This document shows, one piece after another, positions 1 through 9,439 of a stretch of DNA of 64,000 nt. A program made the position numbers and the translations under genes. How positions within the stretch are numbered: position 1 is the first letter of the stretch; each line of letters begins with the position of its first letter. The stretch is from contig OZ038378.1 in the NCBI GenBank assembly GCA_964036045.1, positions 20,832,001-20,896,000 of the forward strand, given 5' to 3'. The notes beneath the pieces are model-generated. The model was not told where the DNA came from, searched no databases, and worked only from the letters and a program-made list of their open reading frames with translations. The stretch is from Eutreptiella sp. 'Long Island Sound 2002' (taxonomy: Eukaryota > Protista > Euglenida).

Positions 1-129
1 TTAGGGGGTCCCCTATACTTCAGAGCGGGGGACAAAATCAGAAGTGGCCCACATGTAGGCAGATGAGCTACATAATCCAAGCATGTAATTTTTTTCCGGG
101 GGGTAAAATTTCTTTGCAGTAAAATTGTG

Positions 130-365
130 TGATTTTTTTTTGCGGTAAACACGAGTACAAAAAAAAATTGTCCCGTTATGTAATCTTTTTTCTGCGGTAA
201 ACAAGAGTACAAAAAACTTGTCCTGTCGTGTAATATGTTTTTTGCGGTAAACGTGAGTACAAAAAAATGGTCACCTCATGCAATTTTTTCTTGTAGTTTA
301 CTCACAATGGCCGCAAAAAAATACACAACGGTACGATTCTTGTGTTACGCACATTTACCGCAAAA
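130..365. repeat. Short ~50-bp degenerate tandem repeat with one inverted partial copy
   Basis: TTTTGCGGTAAACA(C/A)GAGTACAAAAAA recurs at about 137, 188 and 241; the inverted TTTACCGCAAAAAAA is at about 354. Confidence 0.7.
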
Positions 366-479
366 AAATAAAACGAATTACAACATACACACAACACAAC
401 ACAACACGACTGCACACCTGAAGCAGCGCACCGTTAGGCGCCCACCATTATTTTCTTGATGAATTACCTACCTTGGCTA

Positions 480-850
480 CCTTACCCATGCCGTCTCATA
501 GGCACACATGTAGGCAAAGTGGCTGCAAAACCCATTCCGTCTTCGGGGTCCCCAGTGCCCAGCCTAGGGAGGAAATCAAAATAGCTACACAACCCCTGCT
601 GTCTTGGGGACACACGCGTGGGCAAAAAAGGGTCCATAACCGCTACCACCTTTGGGGTCCCCCGAGCGAGAAGAAATTGAAGTGGCTACATAACCCCTGC
701 CAATTCAGGGGCCCACATGTGGGCAAAGTGATCAGACATCCTTTGCCCCGTTGGAGGTCACCAGCGCCCAGCGCGGGGAACAAATCAAAATGGCTACACA
801 ACGCCTGCCTCCTTGGGGGACCACGTGTGGGCAAAGGGGCTACATAACCC
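480..850 (+). repeat. Degenerate ~60-bp satellite-like family (AAATGGCTACATAACCCCTG..GGGTCCCC)
   Basis: About 6 diverged units in tandem; the same family recurs at about 62985-63120. Confidence 0.7.
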
Positions 851-2935
851 CAATCATCTTGGAGGGGTTATGGGCCTTTGCCTTGACCCCCCGCTGCGGG
901 ATACGAGAGTTGAATGCTACACTGCTAAAGCAAGCAGGCGAGTGCAATACAACAAAGTCAGAACAAAAAGCTCTTCAGTGACATTGCCATAGGCGCCCTT
1001 CGCTGTGAAACAGGAAATACCCCGAGGTACAGTGCATAAGGGGGCTCATTCAGGTAACACGCACAAAGCTATTCCTACTGAAATGCCGGACACAAAGTTC
1101 GAACTACACCAGACCAACATCAGTGCACCCCCTCCCCCGGTGGACTCCCCAGCCCACTGACGCTGGACCCTCTGCCGAATTAGCCAGAGCACACAAAGTG
1201 TCGCCATCCGCTGCCCAATCGCCGCACCATTCTGTACATGGTCCTTCGTGTGGTACATGCCACAACGCATAGAAACCCAACCTCCACTCTGCTGTCCTTC
1301 GTAACCAGCCCCACAAATCTGCAACAGAAAACGACATATCTGACCCCCCCCCAAGCCCCCCCCCCCCGCCGGGCGTTGCTTGAGCGGAGGGGGGAGGGGG
1401 GGAGGGGGTCCAGGTGGGAGCCCCCCCCCCTTGCCGAAATGACCCATATCCACCAGAAATTGCAAAAATGCACCACACCGACCCATTCAGCAAAAACATT
1501 TGTCATAGTATCTGAAGACAGGTAATCAACTCATCTTTTTGGGTCCATACATTGTGCCCTCAGGCAACACAAACAGGAAACACGGAGGAATGCCAAATTG
1601 TTTGTCGAAGATCAATCAGAGTTCGACTCACCTGAGCTGGACTCACCAATGTGTTCCTCTTCTGAACTGCAAGAGGAACCACAAGAATCTGAGCAGGATG
1701 ACGAGTCACTACTTGGGGCGGACACTCATTTGTGTGGAACATGCTTTCTGTGCAACATTGTATGCCTCTTGCCTTTTCTTCCTAGTCCATCTATCTTGGA
1801 AGCAAAAATAGAGGATCGCGTTTATAATGTCGCCGCGTTTTGCGCGGGGACACAGTTGGACCCGGGTGCCGAAGAACGTACTTATGGGACGCGGGGACAG
1901 GGTGCCTGCAACAGAGGGAAGAAATGATACGAATGGAGTGATCAAAGAACCTTGCTGTAGGTACGCCAAAGGCGCGGGAGGAAAAAATTGGCCCAAAGCG
2001 AAAAAAGGTTCCCAGAACCCTGAATCTCAGGTGAATTAGAGTGGAGGGGGGAGCTGGGGAGGGGGTCTAGGGGAGGGGGGGGAGGGGGTCCAGGGGGGTC
2101 CGAAATGAAAATTAAAGCAACGCCCTGCCCCCCCTCCCCCCCCCCCGCTCCCCCCCCCCCCCTCCCCCCCCGCTCCCCCCCCGCTCCCCCCCCCCTCCCC
2201 CCCCCGCTCCAAGGGTTGGGTTTCCACCACACACAGCCTAAACGCAACCTAGACCATCTGAAAACTGCGACACAACAAGAGGACCTTGGTGACAGCATTG
2301 CGTTTGACGGCTTCATCCTGTTCCCACCAGTCGACAACGGCTTTGACTTGGGTGAGGCGACGCTGGTGTTTCTGACGTACAATGAGGCACAGGTTACTTT
2401 ATACCCATCTCACCCAACCCCTGCACGGCAAGGACCCGCATTGCTCTGTGCAACCCCTACCCCCCTCCAGCCTCGCCGCAACCAGAGCGCCTCGAATCGA
2501 GGCAGCAGGAATAGCCAAGGCTGTCAGGAGCAGTTCAGCAAATGCGCAGGAGTGGGAAGTGGAAAGGGAGGGTGATGCAAGGAGAATCAACGGCAGTTGG
2601 TGATTAAGCGACGGCGCTCAGTCAGCAGGTAATCGCGAGCCTGTTCTTCAGGGCCAGGGTGACTGACGAAGGTGTGTTGCTGTTCCTGTAAAAAAGCAGT
2701 CAACGTTGGCGATCAATCCTCAGTATCATGAACTTGGGGCTGCTTTCTCCTGAACTGTCTTTAGGGGATGTATACCATGGCTCAATTCTCCAAAGGTGAC
2801 CTCTTGAGGTTGCGTGTTGTTGCACCGGGTGCCAGAAACCTGCTAGAAACTTGTGACACCCGCTGAAACATTTCAAACATCTGAGACGGCAGGTGATGGA
2901 CATCGTGACATTCACAGCCATATGTCATCATTTCT

Positions 2936-3439
2936 TTGCTGTTTCTTTTGTCGGAGACTCTGCACCATTTGCTTTGCAACCTGAGATATGAACTGGGTCA
3001 CCTATTGAGTGAATTGGATGCCCACTGTGACACGCGCTCTACACTCTTGCATCACCATCGTGCAGGTGTCGGCAGATGTCCAGAAACCTTGTGGCAGGTG
3101 CGAACTCCCATCCTTGACTGTGCCTGTCAAGTGGCAGCATGGACTAGCTGCAAATGGCTCGGAAGGGCCTGGGGCGTCGCCAGGGCATCACTCTCTGTTC
3201 CCAATTTGTCGGTTGCAGATGTCTGCAATGTGGCCAGGATCGTCTCCCAGGAAACAGCAGTTTTATTCCTTCATGCGGAGGCCCTCCAATGCCAGCACTG
3301 CCCCACAACCTTTGCCCTTTGCCACCACCAACACCCGTTAGTCGGCACGAAGTTGCCCCCCACCACGGCCATAGGCCTCCTTCACAAAAAGGGTCCGATA
3401 ACAAAGTTTACCCAGGCACATGGGGATGGCGGTCTGTAG
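2936..3439 (+). CDS. Coding-like segment of unknown function (strand uncertain)
   Basis: 167 open codons with protein-like composition (LSETLHHLLCNLRYELGHLLSELDAH...VADVCNVARIVSQETAVLFLHAE). The antisense frame has 4 stops. No recognisable motif. Confidence 0.3.
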   Translation: MLFLLSETLHHLLCNLRYELGHLLSELDAHCDTRSTLLHHHRAGVGRCPETLWQVRTPILDCACQVAAWTSCKWLGRAWGVARASLSVPNLSVADVCNVARIVSQETAVLFLHAEALQCQHCPTTFALCHHQHPLVGTKLPPTTAIGLLHKKGPITKFTQAHGDGGL

Positions 3440-4964
3440 AACACGCACACCACACTGTGGCGCATCCCTTGCTACAAGTGGACGCGGTTTATTGATTGTA
3501 TTCACCACCGGCATGTTGTCGACAAGGCCTTTTTTGAGTGTATGCCTGAATATCCCTGTGGGGTGGGACTTCCCCTCCAGGGCCTGGTGGCTGGGTCTTT
3601 ACCCACCCCACCCGCGCGGCGTGGTGGGGGTAGGGGGTGCCCGTGCCCCAGTGTGCGTGTGTGTGTTGGGTGGTTGGGGGGGGCTTCATAGCAGACCACG
3701 TCTGCTTGCAGCAGACGGCATCTACAAACCACACCAGGTCCCATACCCCACACCCCCGTAGGGGTGGGGGTGGGTGCTTGGTCCTGAATCTAAACACCCA
3801 CAGCGCTTCCTCTCTGGGGATTGGTGGGTGTCCCTGCCCTACCAAAGGAGGAGCCTTTCCGGTTAGTGTGAGATGTTTTGGGCGCAATCCACAACTCTGG
3901 CTGCGCCCACTGTAGCGCTGTTGCCGGCGGAGCTGCAGCGTACGACTGTAGCGCCAGCAACGGCGCTACAGCGTAGCACGTGGCACACCTGCATCAGGGT
4001 AGTCATCATTTTGAGGAGGCAGTGTCGGATACGTCTGGCATTGACAACGGCTCTTATGCCTGAAGGCACCGCAAACACAGCACATGGTACAGTGCAAAGC
4101 GGGCGACCCGAATCACATGATCACATTCCACATTGTACTCGCACTCTAGTTTCATTTCAATGGAGCAACCGCATGCACTGTGGGTAACAGAGATGGACAA
4201 TGCCACACACCGTAACCCAGTGGAGAGATCAATTTCTTTAAAAAATTGCGGATGATATCCATCTCTGTGTCTGGATTCTTCCCCATCTGCAGAGCAATGA
4301 GCCATGTTGTGGAGGTTTGAGCTGGGGTTTGAGCTGCTGGGGTCTGTCTCTGCATGCAACCTGGCATTGTCGGTGCTGCTGTCACATGCTACGTCCTGCT
4401 GCCATTCCGCACCTTTCCATAGACTTGTGACCCCTGTAGCCACCATCAGCCGTCCCATCAAGACCCGGGCGCCCCTTTGCTGCCCATGCTGCCCGGGCCC
4501 TACATAGGCCTGCCCCAACCTATCGCAATCGTTCCCAAGCCTAGCAATCCATGGCAACACGTGTTCCGCCGCAAATGCAATCACAACTCCTTCCGTGTGG
4601 CAACCAAAACGGCACCAACCTTCACTCCACATTGCTGCATGTCTGTAGGTTGCATGAATCAAAAACGAATGCCTCTTATCCATCCATCCTGCCGCAGGGG
4701 CAGTGGGATACTGCAGCCTGTCGTGGAGGCTTATTCCTCTGCACAAATTTATCCATTGCCAAACGAAAATGTCAGCTCGGCAGGGCGGTGTTGCAGTCCT
4801 ACAGAGAACAGTGCCATTTGACACTGCATCTCATCATAAGTATGCATGGGTTCACAGGCTGCAGGTACAGTGCACGTAGTGCAAGACCGTCATCCCCACC
4901 GCACTGCCCAGGTCTCCCCGGATGCACCCCTCCTCCCTGCCCGGGCTTGCCTGGACTCTTGCAG

Positions 4965-5120
4965 AATTCGCCCGGAAAATACTGGGAAGGCTGGCCACCA
5001 TGATGTCTCAACTGCCGCTCGTCCTGCCTCGGGCGTTGCTTCAACTATCGCTGCTACCGCTGTCTGATGCTGTACTGCTGTTCCTCCGTGCCCTGGACAG
5101 CCTGGCGTGGCATGGGCAAG
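4965..5120 (+). CDS. Probable exon, Leu-rich helical segment
   Basis: Preceded by the acceptor-like ctcttgcag; reads FARKILGRLATMMSQLPLVLPRALLQLSLLPLSDAVLLFLRALDSLAWHGQ. The antisense frame has stops. Confidence 0.4.
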
Positions 5121-5686
5121 CAGGGTTCACTGTGCATGCTGTGCGAGGAAGTTGAGATTGCAGCGATCCATACAGCCCTGGATCGTATGAGGACCCGCCG
5201 GAGATCATGTTGCGTTGAGGGATGCGGAGGGTTTTGGTGGGTTCCGCTTCCAAAGTGGAGAGCAAGGGTTGTGGTGGGTTGTGGAGGGAGGGGCTGGTGG
5301 ACGCCACCATCTTATGGGGTTCATTGCTGCCCACTTCTCCTATTCTGCTCGTGTTCTGTGGTTTTTCGGGGCGCGGCCACTACCTACGGGCTGCATATTG
5401 TCAAGAGAGCATTTCGCTGAAGGGCTTAATTGCTTCCGGAGTTTTTTTTGCCGTCGCAAATGGGTACTAACACTGCAATTAGGGCTTGGCATAATGTGTT
5501 GTGAGCATTGGCTAACGAATGAACGTGTCTGATTCGTAAAGTAGCAGCATTCTCTTTCAAGATAATGCCACACATCCGCAGGATGTTGTCAGAAGACACG
5601 AAGCTAGTAGCTCAGAGTATCCCGGAGGCGTGCAATGCTACAAGCAACGTGCACACAAAACATGGCGTCGTCAGATGCACATGAGA

Positions 5687-5713
5687 CGGAAAAAAAATAG
5701 ACACTCAGAAAGT
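5687..5713 (-). ncRNA. Genomic copy of the euglenid spliced-leader (SL) exon (relic or pseudo-SL)
   Basis: Minus strand reads ACTTTCTGAGTGTCTATTTTTTTTCCG. The first 25 nt are identical to the euglenid SL ACTTTCTGAGTGTCTATTTTTTTTCG (recalled). Single copy; no recognisable 5S linkage or Sm site follows. Confidence 0.85.
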
Positions 5714-5877
5714 TAGACCACACTAAACTTAGACCAATCGTGTGCTACTAATCCAAATGTTACCTATTTGGAGTTGGAGGGGAGCCGCAACCATTTTGGA
5801 TTGTGACAAAAGGCTGCAAATTTGATGCAAATCTGCTCACAAGTCACAGCGCTGTAGAGACGGTGGTGATTTTTCTT

Positions 5878-6900
5878 TATGGAGCCTCGCCAACTCTCAC
5901 CAACTTTCCCCACAAAACCCTCATGGAATGAGAACCTGGCTCACCACTCGGGTGCGTCCCAACAACCCATGTCGCCATACACGGGAACTCGAACCGGAAC
6001 CTTTGCACGCATACCGAAATTGTCTTCAAGCCATGTTTCCAAGCAAACTCGACATTGAATGCATCCAATTCTTGTCCGGTTGTGCGTTCGACGAACATGC
6101 TTGACCCTCCACGTTGGTACCCGTTGATTGATGCATCTCTTTGGAAGAGGTTGAAAGACAACCTCTCCATCACGGTGCAAAAACACCGTTAATTGTAGTA
6201 CCTCATGGCCCCACAAACAATTGAGGCTCTGAAGAAAAACAGGTACACCAGAATTCGTCCATTAATTACATTTCCTTTTGAATGTTGCTCAAATGCATTT
6301 GTGAGCAACTTTGTCCTAACTTGATCAATTATCTTGTTTTGACAAGGGGTGCAAAGGGCACCTCCTATTTTGACAAGAGGCGCCTGCCGTCTTTTCTTGT
6401 ACATTCACACAGCCGTTATCCGGGAAACAAAGAAACGAATGAATTGAGCAAGTTGGAAATTTTTGCTGCGCATAGCAAAGTGTTCATCGGTTGTGGGCAC
6501 ACGATCCCCCAACAGTGGATCTAACACCGGTCTATGAGAAAGGTACCACTACTGTGGTTCTTTGTGGCGGAGTGTTTGTGCCCGATGGCTTTGGATTTTG
6601 GTGCACGTGCATCTCCCTCCTACCTCATGCTTGTCCCTCCTCGATCAAAACATAGGCGCCTTCCGTCCAAAGAGGAGGCTCACTGTTGTTTTCATGTCGC
6701 CCTAAGGCATTGAGTCGACATTTTGCTTTTTGGAGACAACCACCTCGGCTTGCAAGTGTAAGTACATTAGTTGATGCACATTCTCCTCTTTGAGTAGCCG
6801 AGACCTGGCATGATCACGGAATGATCTGGTGGAGAGATAAGAAGCACCGGGCAGCCAAAAAGGCGATCCAATATTCTACTCCATGTTGAAGCCTATTCTT
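5878..6900 (-). pseudogene. Decayed tyrosine recombinase of a DIRS/Ngaro-type retrotransposon
   Basis: One frame has only about 6 stops in 320 codons. It reads TP...KIIDQVRTKL...ILVYLFFFRAS (box I Arg, about 6230), SINGYQRG (SKxD..RG-like), then GSHSMR (HxxR, 5930-5919). The R-to-H spacing is 100 aa, comparable to known recombinases (about 96-116 aa). The catalytic Tyr is not clearly retained. Confidence 0.65.
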
Positions 6901-7809
6901 CCAAAACAACTTCTTATCCCCGCTCTCTTGCCTTTTCGTGTTCTTGTAGTGTCGCAACTTTGTTGACGGGATCCTAAGTGTCAAAATTTTGCCATTTGTG
7001 TTGAATTTTGCACGCCAGGAGGACTATCTATGACCACCGACAACGCCGTCGTTTGTCCCAGTTAAAATGTCATGCAAAGGACCACAATTTGCGGATTGAT
7101 GTCGCAGTGACGGGATGGTGCACACGTGCATGTGTGTCGATTTTGAGGCCAAGCTATGTTATCGGGTTCCTTGCAACTCCATACTTTGTTAGCACGGTCA
7201 ATGGCACCAAGCACTTACATATTATCATGCAGTCTCCCATTACTTGAACACACCATGCTCATAAATCCGCGCAAGCAGAATGAAGAGCAGCATGAAGAGA
7301 TCCTCAATGGCGGCCAACGATGTGCAATGACATGGGAGAGGAGTGAGTTTGCTTCACTTTTTCGTGTGTGAGTAGCCCTTGACCCTGCCCTTACCCTTAC
7401 CCCAAGCCACACAAGCGAACCTCATCGATGCCCATGTGCAGCCGGCTACGCATTTTGTTTCATCGGTACAGGTGCACTTGCTTGAACTTCCTAGTGCATG
7501 CATCCACCAAGGCAAGGGCCACTTCTTTGACCGTCAACAGCCAAGGTGTTTCCCCACTATCACACCTTACATGGACGGTCTGTTGTCCGATAGCCTCAAG
7601 CTTGTATAGAGGCCATTAGCCGCCAGCAAGCCTTACTTCTCTGAGCTCGGGCTTCGACTCGCCGTGGTGTTTGGAAGGCTCGGTGCAAAACATTTTGGGC
7701 AGAGCGGTTGTCGTACATGTACCCGCTCATTAGTGGACCCACCAACCAAAGGCACTTTATGAGACCCACCCCCATTTTTGGAGCCGGACCCAAGTCATAA
7801 CAAGAGACC

Positions 7810-8760
7810 CACTTGGAAACGTGCACTTTAAGAGTGGAAAACCTATTGGAAACCCCTTTTTGTGGGTGATGGCGGCATCATTTAACAACATGCATCATTG
7901 AAACATTGAATGATGAAAACTTTTGGGCTCAAGCATCGATGTGGTTCTCTCCGGTTCATGTCTCGGAAGCGTGTGAGACAACACTATCGAGTATCCGGTT
8001 GCAGTTGTCCGTCACACAGGGCTTGGGCTTTGGGTGGTCAAGGTCACCTTTGTTTCCTTGTGTGCCCCTTCAACGCAAATCAAAATAAAAAAAGGTCGGC
8101 TCGTTGGGTGCATATTGTCTCACGCAGTTCGAAAATGGGTCTCAAAAAGTTCCCGGATTAAAACACAAGCTCCACTATTTGCTAGGTACAATTTTTGCGG
8201 AAACCGCTCAAAAGGGTGGGTTCTTTGGCCACATTAACCTCCACATTGAGCTCCAAGTGAAGAAATACATCAAAGGCAAGGCACATATTGGATTCAAAGG
8301 ACCGCCCAACTCCCAACACGAACCACCATGTAATCTACACGACAAGGGGTGAGGGGTTGCAGTAGCACAGACAAAGTAGTCAAGCACCACCTTTAGCACA
8401 GATTGTCACAACAACCATCATTCTCCGCCATTCCCATCTATGGTCCCACATGCAAAATTGCACAAACACAAAGGCGGTTGAAAACTGATGCCAATCACCA
8501 TGCCTTTGAAGAGGACTCCTTCCAATGCCCAACTCCTTTGCAACACCCTTTACCAAATTGGTAGCATTCTTATTCAAAGGATAAGCGAAAAAAGCCGGCT
8601 TTGTTGGGGATCCATTGGGGTCATGTACCACTTTCTTTGGTGCTCCCCACGCTACATCTACCATCCAGTAATCAAAACCGGCCTCAAAATTTTCTCTCTT
8701 TTCGTGGATGTGGCAAGCGCGTTCCCAAATCCCGTCAGCAACTCACCAAGTGGAAGAGAG
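7810..8760 (-). pseudogene. Decayed reverse transcriptase and RNase H of DIRS/Ngaro type
   Basis: Motifs in the expected order across frameshifts: GAPKKVVHDPNGS (8640), VAK..R.P...DWH (8540-8488), MG (about 8440), VD(Y)MVV as a mutated YxDD (8338), FLHLELNVEVNVAK, GNFLRPIFEL (8154). Then RNase H-like TDN (8012) and FNVSMMHV...KGVSN (7910-7845). Confidence 0.6.
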
Positions 8761-9439
8761 CAAATCCATTAGCTACCGAGTGTAATAGCAATGAATTTAG
8801 CACTAATACATCGAGTTCGCTATGCATGCAAGCTTGGAAGCTTTAACCTCAGCAATGTAGGCAGTGGTAAAAATTCAGCAAACAATTGGCAAGCGGTGCC
8901 AAAATTTGGCCGGGGCAAGGGGGGTTTGGAGGGCCGTATTTGAGGTGATTTCTCTTTAATTTTGTCTACAGGCATCTATTACCTGAAAACTCCCCTTTCA
9001 ACTGCAGAAAGCGGCAAGAAAATGCTGGATAGAAAGTAGCGCGAGATAGCGGTTGACCTTCGAAAATCCGGATTATTGAAATAGGCAGACGGAGCAGGTG
9101 ATTCTGATATGTATCTATAGATCATAAAAAATTCATTGAACCCCAGAATTATCGCATCACGCCGAATTGATTTTTTCGCTCCCTTTCGACGGGTTCGTGA
9201 TTCCGAAGGTGACCGCGACATCTTTCAAAACGGGCCGAAATTTGACCAGCCTCCGTCATCGGCTCGATTGCAGCTAATGTTTTTCCAACGCAGAGCTCGT
9301 GGCCGTGGAACGAAAAGCTGGATATGTTGTGTTCGCAGAATGCTGGAGAGTGTTCGAGTCTCCCAAGACACACAGAAACGCCTGCCTTTGAACCTGGTGT
9401 GAAACCCTTCCATGCAATGAAAAGACCGTCAATGACAAG

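Larger units (their letters stand above)
5720..8800 (-). mobile_element. 5'-truncated, decayed tyrosine-recombinase retrotransposon (RT-RH-YR order, DIRS/Ngaro-like)
   Basis: Co-oriented RT, RNase H and recombinase remnants in the DIRS/Ngaro domain order. No gag or terminal repeats were identified. Confidence 0.6.

Noticed and set aside
4570-4610. HNSFRVAT as a recombinase HxxR motif
   Set aside because: Isolated, with no box I Arg or catalytic Tyr context.
5962-5979. YGDMGC as a decayed family-B DNA polymerase YGDTDS motif (Polinton or virus)
   Set aside because: It lies in an alternative frame overlapping the more open frame that carries the recombinase R and HxxR motifs; polymerase motifs A and B are not convincingly present.
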